DNA of 64,000 nucleotides from Mobula birostris (lineage: Eukaryota). The notes beneath the pieces are model-generated. The model saw only the letters and a program-made list of their open reading frames with translations, was not told where the DNA came from and made no database searches. Within the stretch, counting starts at the first letter, position 1. Every line of letters starts with the position of its first letter. Below, in pieces: positions 22,865 through 36,439 of the stretch. A program made the translations under genes and the position numbers. The stretch is taken from positions 36,309,248-36,373,247 of the forward strand of contig NC_092393.1 in the NCBI RefSeq assembly GCF_030028105.1, in the 5' to 3' direction.

Positions 22865-23113
22865 GGTAACCAAGAAGCCACAGCACCCCCAGAAGCAATG
22901 GCACAGCCCTATCCCCCGGCCCAGTACCCCACACCGCAGAACGGAATCCCCGCTGAATATGCTCCAGCGCACCCACACCCTACTCAGGACTACACCGGAC
23001 AGACCACGGTACCAGAGCACGCCATGACCATCTACACACCCACGCAGACGCATTCCGACCAGCCGTGCACTGATGCAAACACACAGTCCTTAACGGGCGC
23101 ATCCACAGTACCG
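22865..23113 (+). CDS. RBFOX3: Coding exon of RNA-binding Fox-1 homolog (N-terminal Pro/Thr-rich region), most like RBFOX3/NeuN
   Basis: Acceptor ttgtttcag|GGT at 22864/5, donor CCG|gtaagt at 23113/4; 83 codons [63 protein letters not shown]...TVP; PYPPAQY and HPTQDY fit RBFOX3 better than RBFOX1/2; MAQP ATG at 22898. Confidence 0.93.
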
Positions 23114-23344
23114 GTAAGTGCTCAACCCTTACACCTTCTACATGAATGCAGCCAACAGTGATTGGAAACAGAAGTAGGAAATGCAAAGACAAAACCGCTT
23201 TGTGTAGAAAATAATTGTTAATATTCTACCAAAGTAACATTATTTAATGCAATTTACTTCAATATTCCATATCACAATTGCAAATTGACAATTCCAAAAA
23301 TATTGAGGTTAATAGCCCTCAATGAAACCTGTCAACTATTGAAA

Positions 23345-23675
23345 GGTTGAGATGAAAGAATGGATGTGAAGAAGATGTATCCTATAGTGGGGATTCTAGG
23401 ACCAGAGTAGGACATACCTTTAGAACGGAAATGAGGAGAAATTTCTTCAGCCAGACAGTAGTGAATCTATGGAATTCATTACCACAGACAACTGTGAAAG
23501 CCAAGCCATTGGGTATGTTTAAAGCAGAGTTTGATAGATTGTTGATTAATAAGGCATCAGAGGTTACAAGGAGAAGAATGGGGTTGAGAGGGATAATCAA
23601 TTAGCTTTGATTGGATGGTGGAGCCTACTCAATGGATGGAGTGACGTAACCCTGCTCTGATGCCTTAAGGTCTTT
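23345..23675 (+). mobile_element. CR1 3' fragment
   Basis: ttagaacggaaatgaggagaaatttcttcagccag..gtgaatctatggaattc; CR1 3' UTR. Confidence 0.8.
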
Positions 23676-24639
23676 TAATTATGTTACAATTAACAGACTA
23701 GTGTTTGAATGGGAAGTGCCACATGAGGAAAAATCTTTAAGAATTTAGTTTTATTTTGAAACTTAAGTAAACATCTTGTATAAAGAGAATTGGTGCAGGG
23801 CAGTTTTTAAACAAAACCACTTACATTTTGACACCTGCCAATGCCAAAAAGGCTGGAACAGTCTGAACTGCATTGTTGATTGTGATACTTTCAAAGCATA
23901 TATGAAGGTGGTTCAAGGTGAGAATGACCTTGAGGCACATGACTCAGTTTTAGGTTGCTGTCTGTTGAAGACCACACAATAATAATGGGAAAGGTGATGA
24001 AATGTATGCCAGGTACTTCTAGCATGTCGGGATTGTGCTTCGCTTTCAGGGTAAGACAAGTGGAGCTCCGACTTGCAGTCAGCTTATGCCAATACAGCCT
24101 GAGTTGCACTTGGCGGTGGCTCATGCTACCAGTTGGTAAACCATCTGCATTTACCAGCGTGCTGAATGCATTCACACACTAAAAATAATCCTGCCCTTGC
24201 ACATAGTCTTTGGCACCAATGACAGAGAAGTACACAACAAAATGACTGGAGTATCCTGGCACTGAGTAAAGCAGGCAGTGATCCCTTATATGCAGCAACA
24301 ATCACAGTATAGGTCGCACCACTCTGAGTCATTGTATACTTTTTAAGACTCTGCTTTCCACTTCTATCAATTGTAAAAGAGCAGATTATCTATTTGGAAG
24401 GAACAGTGTGACAGGAGTAATCCACTCTTCACCTTAACATAGAGTTTGATCATGGTAAACTTTTAAGATTGAGCCCCACTTACAGTGATATAAATCTTAT
24501 GTTGATAAACACTTGAAAATAATGAAAGCAATTCTACGTATTCTTAAATAGTTGTGGGATGTTTCAGTTTTTATGATAATGTGTGGTGCACCTAAAATTG
24601 TCCTGATATTCACAATCCTCAAGAGACGCAAGTAGAGGT

Positions 24640-25332
24640 ACTAAAGTCGAAGTAAATTTATTATCAAAGTCGACACATGCCAGCTGAGATTCATTTTCTT
24701 GTGGGCATACTCAATAAATCCATAATAGAATCAGCAAAAGACCACACCAACTAGGCATTCAACTAGTGTGCAACAGGCAACAAACTCTGCAAATGCTAAA
24801 AGAACAAAATAATTAATAAATAAATAAATAAATAAGCAAGCAAGCAAGCAATAAATATTGAGAATATGAGGTAAATAGCCCTTGAAAGTGAGTCCATAGG
24901 TTGTGGGAACATTTCAGTGATTGGTCCAGTGAAGTTGAATGAAGTTATCCCCTTTGGTTCAAGAGCCTGATGGTTGAGGGGTAATAACTGTTCCTAAACC
25001 AGGGGTAATAACTGTCCTGAGACTTCTGTGCCGCCTTCTTGATGGCAGCAGTGAGATGGGAGCATGTCCTGGGTGGTGGGAATCCCTGAAGATGGATGGT
25101 GCTTTCCTGCAACAGTGTTTCATGTAAATGTGATCACTGGTGGGGAGGGCATTACCCGTGATGGACCGGACTGTATCCACTGCTTTTTGGAGGATTTTCC
25201 ATTCAAGGGCTTTGGTGTTTCCATACCAAGCTGTGATGCAGCCAGTCAATATACCCTCCACCAGACATCCAAGGAAGTTTGTCAAAATTTTAGATGTCAT
25301 GCTAAATCTTTGCAAACTCCAAAGGAAGTAAA
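24640..25332 (-). mobile_element. Rex1/Babar-like LINE 3' portion
   Basis: ORF 24959..25315 ILTGCITAWYGN...DSHHPGHA..SLLPSRRR.RSL; aaagtcgaagtaaatttattatc tail; internal (TAAA)n/(GCAA)n. Confidence 0.8.
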
Positions 25333-26324
25333 CAAAACACTAAGTACTATAGGCAAAACAGAAAGACAAAATACTCTTTTCGGCCTTTTAACAATACTAA
25401 AAATTAATGGACCCACTTACCAAATGCAACACTTTTTAGATGCTTGTTTTATTCTTTCCATCCAACAAAAACACGCATCACCATATCCCACCCGGTTCAG
25501 ACTCACAGCTCTGCAGATAGTGTTAAATGTCCACTACATAATGCTTGCAATGCTGCAGTATCTCAGCCAACAAGAGCCAAGTGAACACAGGGGATTCATG
25601 AAACTACTGTGCCTTGTTGAGGGTTTTGCATACACTGCAATTTGTAAGATATGATTTTTTAAACTACAGTAATGTTAATTTAAAATGTGAATAACTATTT
25701 TACTGTTAGTTATTTCCAAAACAGTATTTTAGCAATTAGTTGAAAATGCATTTGTATAAACAATACTACCATACTTGATAGCGAAGGAAATTCAAATATT
25801 GTACAAATAACTGATGAGCCTGATATATATTTTTGAGGACGAAGGTTTTATTTCCATTAATAAGGGTTCTCAAAGAATAGGCTCTTTATAGTTAACAGTG
25901 TTGGGCATATTAAGGATTCGTTTCTAAAGATGCCATAACACTTAACAGGTCAAATAAAGAAGTGTTTTACAGAAATAAACTCTAGCAGGTTTTTCTAATG
26001 AATTGAACACTTTTTCTTGTAAAATAAAATCCTAAAACTTTGTCAATGAATAATAAATTGGCTGGAATTGAGTATAAAATGACCCTTGAGGTTACATGCC
26101 CTGAGAGCAGTTATGCATACTTACAAGTTTAGACAATATTTCCAATTCCCTTGTCGGTAGCAGAAGCCTTGTTCAATACATTGTTAGGATGAAACTACAG
26201 CAATTATGGGAACTTAACAATTGCAATGCAAAAGAAAGTCATTTGATCCAAGATGGCTGTGTTATCACAATTTTTATTGGGTTATCTACGCAAATTTCCT
26301 TTCCTAGTATCTATTTTCTTCTCT

Positions 26325-26640
26325 TCAAAGTTCAAAGTAACTTTATTATAGAAGTATGTATATAACACCATACATGACCAAGAAATACATTTTCTTGCAG
26401 GCATTCACAGTAGAGCAAAGAAAAACAATAGAATCAGTGAAAAACTACACACAAAGACTGACAAAAAAACATGTAAAACAAGAAAAGCTATGCAAATATA
26501 AAAAAGACACATAAATACATAAAATAAAATAATACTGGGAACATGAGTTGTTAAGTCCTTAAAAGTGAGGCCATAGGTTGTGGAATCAGTTTATTGTTGA
26601 GGTGAGTGAAGTTACCTACGCTGGTTCAGGAGTCTGAATG
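26325..26640 (-). mobile_element. 3' end of the same Rex1/L2-like family
   Basis: ttcaaagttcaaagtaactttattat...gtgaggccataggttgtgg. Confidence 0.7.
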
Positions 26641-27277
26641 ATTGTTGCTTAAAGGATTCCCTCTAAGGTGAAATAATTGATACAGCTCCTAAAATAATAT
26701 CAATTGTTGCATTGCATATTCTTAAAACTGTTGTCCTGACAATAACAATTCTTCCAGTGTCTGTTTTACATATTTCAGATGTGTTTTACACTGTGTAATG
26801 TTGTTGGCCAGTGGGATAGTCCCTTTAAACATTGTTTATTCAGGCATCTTCCCAAATTACCCAAGGGAATCTTGTGATCTGGATATTGACCTGTCATATT
26901 TACCTGCATATGGTTATCCACAATTAAAGGCAGACAAAACTTCTGGTGTACAGAGCCAAATAAGTTGCTTTATTCTACAAGTAACAACTAAGAAGATAAA
27001 ATAGTATTGAAAGGAGATTTCACCTCCTGAATTCAATCCCAATACTCCTGGTTTAAAAAAAAAGGAAACCACACACCCTATTTGCACTTGTTTTAAACAT
27101 TATCGTCCTTTCCAGTGAATTTCAAATGGAAAATATTTTAACTCTTTGAGTTTTCCTTCCAAGCCTGCACTTTTGTGTCTCCTCTCTACTTCCTGTTTGG
27201 CCTTGAATATAGTACTGTTTCCTTATTACCTTTTAATGTGCCTCTAGGAGCCCAAAGTGTGACTTCATAGAATCATA

Positions 27278-28332
27278 CATAGTCATAGTCATAGTCATAC
27301 TTTATTGATCCCGAGGGAAATTGATTTTCGTTACAGTTGCCCCAACCAAGAGTAGAGTATAAATATATCAATATAAAACCATAAATAATTAAATAGTAAT
27401 ATGTAAATTATGCCAGGAAATAAGTCCAGGACCAGCCTATTGCCTCAGGGTGTTTGACCCTCCAAGGGAGACGTTGTAAAGTTTGATGGCCACAGGCAGG
27501 AATGACTTCCTATGATGCTCAGTGTTGCATCTCGGTGGAATGAGTCTCTGGCTGAATGTACTCCTGTGCCCAACTAGTACATTATGTAGTGGATGGGAGA
27601 CATTGTCCAAGATGGCATACAACTTGGACAGCATCCTCTATTCAGACACCACCGTCAGAGAGTCCAGTTCCACCCCCACAGCATCACTGGCCTTACGAAT
27701 GAGTTTGTTGATTCTGTTGGTGTCTGCTACCCTCAGCCTGCTGCCCCAGCACACAACAGCAAACATGATAGCACTGGTCACCACAGACTCGTAGAACATC
27801 CTCAGCACCGTCCAACAGATGTTAAAGGACCTCAGTCTCCTCAGGAAATAGAGACGGCTCTGACCCTTCTTGTAGACAGCCTTAGTGTTCTTTGACCAGT
27901 CCAGTTTATTGTCAATTCGTATCCCCAGGTATTTCTAATCCTCCACCATGTCCACACTAACCCCCTGGATGGCTACAGGGGTCACCGGTGCCTCAGCCCT
28001 CCTCAGATCCACCACCAGCTCCTTAGTCTTTTTCACATTAAGCTGCAGATAATTCTGCTCACACCATGTGACAAAGTTTCCTACCGTAGCCCTGTACTCA
28101 GCCTCATCTCCCTTGTTGATGCATCTGACTATGGCAGAGTCATCAGAAAACTTCTGAAGATGGTAAGACTCTGTACAGTAGTTGAAGTCCGAGGTGTAGA
28201 TGGTGAAGAGAAAGGGAGACAAGACAGTCCCCTGTGGAGCCCCAGTGCTGCTGATCACTCTGTCGGACACACAGTATTGTAATCACACGTACTGTGGTCT
28301 GCCGGTCAGGTAATCAAGAATCCATGACACCA
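27278..28332 (-). mobile_element. Rex1/Babar LINE, 5'-truncated, copy 2 (same young family as 5223-6037)
   Basis: ORF 27935..28270 GAPQGTVLSPFLFTIYTSD...KFSDD; (CTATGA)n tail; visually >90% identical to copy 1; inserted in the tail of a V-SINE. Confidence 0.9.
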
Positions 28333-28650
28333 GGAAACATGACCTTTCAGCCCCTCAAGTTGGTGCTGACCGTCAAACAGCCATTTTCCCCAATCATTTG
28401 CTCATTCGTCCCACAACGCCACCAACTCCTTCCAGTTTCTGTCGCTATATACAGTTTACTACAATGGCTAATTAACATGCCGATCAACATATTTGTGCGA
28501 TATGGGAAGGAAACTGGAGAAGAGCACCTGGAGGAGACTTAAGGAGTCACAGGGAGAACTTGCAGACCCCATGCAGACAGCACTGGAGGTCAGATTGAGC
28601 CCAGGTCACTGAAGTTGTGAGGTAGCATCTGTGTCAGCTGCACCTCTCAA
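28333..28650 (-). mobile_element. HE1/V-SINE (tRNA-derived)
   Basis: gggaaggaaactggag..cacctggaggagac...cacagggagaacttgcagac.ccatgcagacagc is the reverse V-domain. Confidence 0.7.
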
Positions 28651-29084
28651 ACCCTCCAACAGCAGGTCCGCTAATCAGTTGATCCGCCTCCCCAAGTATA
28701 CACAATGTGAACACCTCACAATGTATCCATTGAAAAAATATCTTTCCTCACCATGATGGCTATGAATATATGATGTGCAATTGAAGTGAAACAGTAAATC
28801 GTTTAACTTCCCTAGACATTCTGTCTAATGGCTAAGAAAGCTTGTGAGCTGTAGTATGACTCAAAAGTCTGTGGTCCCTTTTATTGGTAATGTGAACATT
28901 CAATCTTTTTTAATATGCAACTCTTAAGTGCAACTCAATTCTAAAATCCATTCGCCAATCTATTTTTCTCCCAAGTTTACGCATGAACTCCGATGACCCC
29001 TTGTTATCAGTTTATTGGAAACACCGTAACACTATAAATCTACTTAACATCCAGTCCAAACCAAACCACTCTTGTGTATTGGAG

Positions 29085-30082
29085 ACAAAGAGACTGCAGA
29101 TGCTGGAACCTGGAGCAAGAAAACAAATTGCTGGTGGAACTCATTGGGTCGGCAGCATCTCTGGAAAAAATTAGACAGTCAAGGTCTCAGATAGAAACCC
29201 TTCAGCTAGGCTGAAAGAGTGTAGAGGGGTGTTACAAAGAGGTGATGGATGGGGTTGGGGCCAGAGGTGGCAGGCAATAGGTGGATCCAGGCCAGGAGAG
29301 ATGATTGCCAGATGGATGAGGGAAGAGTGGAATATTGACAGGAGTTGGAGGGTAGGAGATGGAGACAACTAAGGGTGATAGACGGTGGAATCTTACAGGA
29401 AAGGAAAGTGGGTCTTGGAACCAAATAAGGGAAGAGGAGTGAACAAATACAAACAGTGGAAGTGGACCCAGAGTGGGGAGAATGGGAATTATGGGCGCAT
29501 GGAGTAGAGGAAAGAAATTGGCTGAACCGGGTGTTGGAAAAGGGGTGTGGGTTTGGGAGTGTGCAGCAAGAACTGAGTGGACCAGAGAAAAGGACAGAGA
29601 GGGGAGCAGGTTGCCTGAAAATATAAAATTCAGTGTTCATGCCATCTCATTTGTAGACTACCCAGATGGAATAGGTTGCATTTGGCCTCACCCTGGCAGT
29701 GGAGGAAGCAAAGAACAGACAGGTCCATGTGGCAGTGGGGATGGGAATCAAAATAGATAGCCACCAGAGCTCAAGGTGTCCACATGAGCCGGACTGTCAA
29801 TGCTCGATAAAGCAGTCGCCTAGTCTGGGCTTGGTCTCATCAAATTAGAGGACGCCTGTGTATTGCCTGTGATCTAGTTCCAGGGTGGTATGGGAAGGAC
29901 CTAGAAAAATGACCAATCCCGGAGCAAAACACACAAAATGCTGGAAGGACTGATGAAGCAGTTGATGAAACAGCCTGAAGCAGTGCCTGTTTATTCCCCT
30001 CCATAGTTGCTGCCTGGCCTGCTGAGTTCCAGCACCTTGTGTGTGTCATTCTGGTTTTCCGGCATCTGCAGAATCTCGTGTA
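29085..30082 (-). mobile_element. Decayed Penelope-like 3' region plus inverted pseudo-LTR fragments
   Basis: gagactgcagatgctggaa...; GIY-YIG C-terminal remnants (MNTEF) at ~29620-29840; inverted terminal fragments at 29925-30082. Confidence 0.65.
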
Positions 30083-30811
30083 TTTAAGTGACCAGTTCTT
30101 TCCTGGAATGGGTGAACTGAAGGGAGGTAGTATCAAAGATTTAATCTTTATGTCAGAAAGGAGAGCCTGCTGCGGAAGGAGATTGTTTCATGTCAATGTG
30201 CTGGACGGTGGAAATTTAAAATGGATGGGAAGTGCTAATAAACCAGTCTCAACTGCCAATACTATCAGATTACGATTAACAAAACTGTCAAACTTCCTTT
30301 AAAGGTGGCAACTGTCTGTTAATAACACACCTATCAATGCTTCTCATTATCCCTCTTCTAACAGCTAAAACATTCATCAGGAAATAAGCCAGAAACTGGA
30401 TTTCTTAATATTGTAAGCTACCAGCTTCCCATCTTAAACATGCAAAGGATATGATATTAAATTCTAGAAATTTAGTGCTTAATAAAGCAAACCTAATACT
30501 GTAAGTGATGTGAGAGATTGGAGCGATGTAGGAAACATCTCAGTTGCAGTACGCTTGTACATATCTCCTTTATCAAGAGATGTCTGCACTTTTATTAATA
30601 AGCTGTTAGAAAAAAATATCAGAATGCAAAATACATATTCCCATACCACAACCAAATCTGGTTTAAATTTGCATTATGATCAAAACAGAGAAATTATGTC
30701 ATGATATCTTGTGTTCCTTAGGAAAATATATTCCGTAAATTGCTTAAGGAGGTTTTGGGGGAGAAAAAGACAAGATTTAGGACATGCCATCTAGCAGATG
30801 AAAGCACTGCT

Positions 30812-31480
30812 GTCTCCAGTCCTCATGGAGGGATCAGCAGTGGAAAGGATGAGCAGTTTTGTGTTCCTGGGTGTCAACATCTATGAAGGTCTATCCTGGG
30901 CCCAAAATATTGATGCAATTACACAGAAGGCATGACAGTTGTTATATTTCATTAGCAGTTTGAGGAGAATTGGTATGTTACCAATGACACTCGCAAATTT
31001 CTACAGATGTACCACGGGGAGCATTGGCTGGTTGCATTCACCATTGGTATGCAGATGCCATTGGAAAAAGCTGCAGAAGTCTGTGAACTCGGCCAGTTCC
31101 ATCATGGACACTAGTCTCCCTAGCACTGAGGCGATTCCTCAAGAAAGTAGCATGGATCATTAAGGATCGCCATCACCCAGGACATGCCCTCTTCTCATTG
31201 CTACCATGAAGGAGGAGGTACAGGAGCCTGAAGACACACACTCAACATTTCAGGAACAGCCTCTTCCCCTCCACCATCGGATTTCTGAATAGACAGTGAA
31301 CCCATGAATACTACCTCACTATTTTTCCTCTTTTTGCACTATTTACTTAATTTGATCTAAGACCAAATATGTATGCTTAATTGTATTTATATTTTTTATT
31401 ATTATGTATTGCAATGTGCTGCTGCTGCAAAACAGCAAGTTTCACGACATACGGCAGTGATATTAAACTTGATTTTGATT
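30812..31480 (+). mobile_element. Rex1/Babar-like LINE 3' portion
   Basis: FLGVNI..GLSWAQ...LYFISSLRRIG..LANFYRC; HPGHALFSLLP; tail attaaacttgattttgatt. Confidence 0.8.
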
Positions 31481-32281
31481 GGATAGGGAATGAACTTTCA
31501 TTGGAAAGCGAAGAGTATATACAGACTCCTTGGTTTCTGACATGGATTTTATACGGTGCAATTTGTTGCTTAAGAATAGAAATGTTATCAGTTTAGTAAA
31601 TTGGGACAGATGGTACTGTGAATGACACTTGTCATTTGATAGAATTGAACCTGCTCTTGCACTTTCTGTGGGGTTTTGGAAAACAAAGTTGCTGTCAACA
31701 GGACAAACAAAGGCCTGGTGCCCTCTACAGGGCATCTGGGATCACTGTGAACAGAGCAACAGCCTTTTAAACTAAACCAGCCGAAGAATAGTGAGAGAGA
31801 AAGGGAATTGAAATAAAAAACAAATATTTAATATCATTAATATCCCTGAAAATAATAGTGAAGGAATGCCAACCCAAAGTGCTAGGGGAGCGGGAATGAT
31901 GTTATTTTTCAGTAATCAACTGGATACTTCTGCTGGAATGCTGAAGACTTTAAAAGTGGTCACTAATTTGGCTGTGTCCAATATGTAAATACAGAACATT
32001 TGTGGAGTTCAGTACAGTTGAATATGGCACCAGAGAGCAAGATATACTTTCTGTGTGTGTTACAGATACCATCTCAGACACCAGCCTCTGGATTCTGTTG
32101 TTTAACTGTGTATCCAGCCTTACCTAAAGCTGTTGTCAAACATATGCATCAGTAACAGGGGATGGTTAGTCGAGATGAGTGTGATGTGATATAACACATT
32201 AAATATTCAATATTGCTCTATTCTGAGGTATGAATATTTTGTAAATAAAAGAAAGGTCAATGCCTTTACAGTGTAGATGTT

Positions 32282-32880
32282 CAGAATCAGAATCAAGTTC
32301 AATATCACCAGCATATGTCATGAAATTTGTTAACTTAACAGGAGCAGTAAAATGAAATCTATAATAAATGAATATAGAGAACAAAAACTTAATTACAGTA
32401 ATTTATATATCTCGCTATTAGATAGTTAAGTTAAAGTATGTATTGCAGAAAAAAAACTAATAAAATGTAGTGAGGTAATGTTGGTGGGTTCAATGTCCAT
32501 TTAGAAATCAGATGGTAGGGGGAAAAAGGGCAACACATACAAAATGCTGGAGGAACTCAACAGGGCAGGCAGCATCCAGGAAAAGAGTACAGTCAACATT
32601 TCGGGCCAAAACCCTGCAACGTTCCTAGATGCTGCCTGGCCTGCTGAGAGTTCCTCCATCATTTTGCGTGTGTTGCTCAGATTTCCCTCTCTTGTTTGTG
32701 AGAGGGAAAGGTGCTGTTCCTGAACCGCTGATTGTGTGCCTTCTGGCTTCTGTACCTCCTTCTCGATGGCATCAATGGAAGGAGGGCATGTCTTGGGTGG
32801 TGGGGATCTTTAATGATGTACCTTCCTAAGGCACTGCTCCTTGAAGATATCTTGGATACCACAGAGGCTAGTACGCATCA
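32282..32880 (-). mobile_element. Rex1-like 3' fragment interrupted by an inverted Penelope pLTR pair (32530-32676)
   Basis: cagaatcagaatcaag tail; KDPHHPRHALLPLMPSRRRYRS. Confidence 0.7.
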
Positions 32881-32914
32881 TAACCTAAACTAACCTAGTG
32901 ATCTTATTATTTTG

Positions 32915-33305
32915 TAACACACACACACAAAAAATGCTGGTGGAATGCAGCAGGCCAGGCAGTATCTATAGGAAGAAGTATAGTCGACATTTAGGGTCGA
33001 GACCCTTCGTCAGGACTAACGGAAAAAAGAGATAGTAAGAGATTTGAAAGTGGGAGGGAGAGGGGGAGGCCTGAAATGATAGGAGAAGACAGGAGAGGGA
33101 GGGATGAAGCCAAGAGCTGGGAAGTTGAATGGCAAAAAGGATACAAGGCTGGAGAAGGGGGAGTATCATGGGACGGGAGGCCTAGGGAGAAAGAAAGGGG
33201 GAGGGGAGCACCAGAGGAAGATGGAGAACAGGCAAGGAGTTATTGTGAGAGGGAAAGAGAGGGAAAAAAAAAATTAAATAATAAATAAATAAATTAGGGA
33301 TGGGG
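32915..33305 (-). mobile_element. Penelope pseudo-LTR with a mutated hammerhead (32981-33018)
   Basis: Reverse complement tagtcctgacgaagggtctcgaccctaaatgtcgacta. Confidence 0.75.
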
Positions 33306-34008
33306 TGTTTTGTACTACTGTTATTCATAACTTTTATGTTTATTTTGCATACAATTCATTTATTTCTGATATTTATTCCTGAGATTAGGTTAGGGTTTGT
33401 CGGGTTTGTTGGGAGTTTGCTGGGACAGTGTGGCTCGAAGGGGTGGAAGGGCCTGGTCTACTCAGACAACCAGGTCAGCAGGGACCTATTGGACCGAAGG
33501 GCCTGTTTTCCATGCTCTTTGATTCTATGACTTTATGCTTACTCTCCAACTTTATGCTTACTCTGCTGGTGATTCTGTGGTCACACTAACCTTACAAAGA
33601 TTTATGGAGCAATTCAAGTTCAAGGCCAGGTTTCCACGAGCAGCGACTGGGTTTCAGGATGTGGATTCTAAGGCTCCATCTCTGGACTCTTTACAGCTTG
33701 GGTTATCAAAAGCCTTTCCAGACTTCTAAATGTCTCTGATAATTGGAAATACCTACAAGCAATTAAAATAGTTTTTCAATAGTATCATTTGACAAGAGAA
33801 TACATTTATATAAAACTCTTTTAGCTGATATTGTAATTAGATTAAGGAAAGAAGGTATTTTTTCAAACAAGCTGGTGGTGGTCCCAGTCACATCTAGCTA
33901 CAATTGGTATAAAGCTGATAGACCAGGAACAAAACATGTGCTCATACCTAAGCTCTTCCTCTGAGTTTAAATGCTCAGTTCAGTAGCAAAATGAAAAATC
34001 AGACACAC

Positions 34009-34088
34009 CAGGGGTACCCAACCTGGGGTCCATGGACCACTCGGTTAATGGTAGGGATCCATGGCATAAAAAAGGTCGGGAACCCCTG
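34009..34088. mobile_element. 80-bp hAT-Charlie MITE
   Basis: TIR caggggtacccaacct / aggtcgggaacccctg; TSD agacacac (34001-34008) / agatacac (34089-34096). Confidence 0.85.
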
Positions 34089-36439
34089 AGATACACCAAA
34101 GTCTAGTGTATTCTGCTCTTTGGAAGAGATTCACAGTCTGGTCCAATAATGACCAAATTTATGGATGAATAACTTGACTGCAAGCACAAAGGGAGACGAT
34201 GGATTGGATGTTTTTCTTTAACACTGATATTCAACGCACAGAGAATGAATGCAGAAGATATATAAAAAAAAAACAAGTGGGCAGATCACACACCTTATCA
34301 AAACCCAACAAAGTAAAAACCTGGGCAAAAAATAACAAACTGCTGAAAGAAGTCAGCAGCATCTGTAGAGTCTGGGAGACAGGCCAAGCTTTGGGTGCGT
34401 GTATCTGCAGTCACTTGTGCCTCCGAGAAACTGCAACAGGGAGGTAATGTTCAGCAGTTTTCCTTCCCACCAACATCCAGTGATTAATGATCCTGGGTTT
34501 AGGATTTTAACTTCTTCTATTCGTGTGCACAGTAAAAATAACGTCATTCTATTTCTGGATCTTTCCTATCCCCCTTTTGGCTCCTGAGGGACTTGGATCC
34601 TTCATAGACAAGTCCCACATCCAGCAATCATTGAGAGCGCTCGTTCAGGCCCTGAAACATAGTCAACTTGGCAATAAAGAAAATAGAGTTTATTATTTCC
34701 CTATTTGTTTAAACTTGAAGTATTAACTTCGATTTGAAATAAGAATAGAAAATATTGGAAATGTTCTGGCAGTATTTATGGAGAAAAAAAAGTTTTACAT
34801 TTCTATGCTGTGACATTCCATCGCAACTCTGGAAGATTAAAAATCAAAAATATTTCAAATGGTAAAGAAGTGGAAGGGTGAGCAGAATAAGAGGAATATC
34901 TGTGGCAGAATAGAGACTCTATATTCCTTAAGTTCTGATTTCCAATATCTGAAGGTAATTAATTAGTGATTTAATTTTAATTTGTACCAGACAATGAGCC
35001 ATACATGTGGACAATTTTGAGCTCAGTCTTTGTCCAATATAACTAAAATTAAATATATAGTAACTATGATTGAATGAAGCAAAAGACTGGAAAGGTTTAA
35101 CATTTTCCAATTTTGTCCCTATTAACTTTAATTGAATCAGATTTCTGAAGTGGAATTCAATGCATATACATTGCATGTTTAAAACACACAATAGACCACA
35201 GTTTTATACCCCTTGTTTTTTTCTTGTGGCAGTCCTTATTTGGTAATGATTCATTCAATGTTTGTTTCAAAAAGAGTCCCTGATGACTGCAGTGATTTCC
35301 AATCATCCACCTCTGCCCATTTAGCAATATCCTTATTCAGACTTTCCTGGAATCCATTGACAATGGATTTGAGGGAACAGCATTGAGTGTCACAGTGACA
35401 ATATGCCCAAAGCAAACAGAAATCCTCTAAAAATTATTTTTAAATTTGTAAATTTACAACTTTCGAAAACACTCTTTGTTCTGTAACTTAGCAGCCTGCT
35501 TGGGAGAAAAATAGTTGGAAACTTAAATGCAGTTTATTTCAATTTGTTTTTTCATCATTGCATCAGTCCACTTACCTTTAATATTATTTATATGACCATA
35601 TTACCTGAGGGAAAAAGAACCAAAATCATGATGTAAGGTGGCCTTGAATCCATGACTGTTGGCAGTTTAGTCTCTCTGAAAAAGGAAAATAGTCAAATGA
35701 GCTATAACTCTGTAGCAGGTAATAATTTATTCTGTTTGGAAGGAGCTGAAGGTAAGAGTGGGAAAAATCATATTATCTGATCTGATCTTGCTCACACAGA
35801 GTTTTGAATTATAGCAGGAATTGTTGGAAATTCACAATAGGCCTATCTGCATCTGTGGAGGGAGAGAAATAGGGCTAACATATGAGGTCAGTGGCCTTTC
35901 ATTTGATGCTGTGGTCCAACTGAATATTTCCACCATCTGTGGTATTTTGCTACTGAATGAAGAAAATTACCTGTGAAATACTTGTTCAAAAGATTTAAAG
36001 AAGTCTTATTTTGAAGATATTTCTTGACACACAAATCCCACATATTTTCAGTTTTGACATACAAACTGTTAAAAAGATTTTGTCAGTAAATGTGAGTCAA
36101 TATTAAATTTCAGCATGCTTTGACCCAGTCTCCCATTTCGCTCCACCCAGGTAACCTGTGGCTGAGGCTAGTCAAATAAAGTAATGAAGAAAGAATGATA
36201 GCCATTATCAAAGTCCAAGCTCCTAATCCTGTCTTCACTGGGACAATGAATTTGTAACATTTAATTTTCTTACCAATCATCTGAAATACTTGGTCAAAAG
36301 ACTTAATTCCCTAAATATTTATAATTACTATAATTCTTTGTTTAAGAAAGCTGCCCAAATATTTGGATACTTGATGTCTTTTTATTTCCTTATCTTAGTT
36401 AATTAAGGAGAATTTATCACCATTATTCACCATCATATT

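Noticed and set aside
22832-23161. 109-aa ORF as a complete single-exon gene
   Set aside because: [11 protein letters not shown] is the polypyrimidine/acceptor region and VSAQPL... lies past the gtaagt donor; only 22865-23113 is exon.
25064-25654. 196-aa ORF
   Set aside because: It is antisense to a Rex1 fragment and runs into unique intron sequence; no protein similarity recognised.
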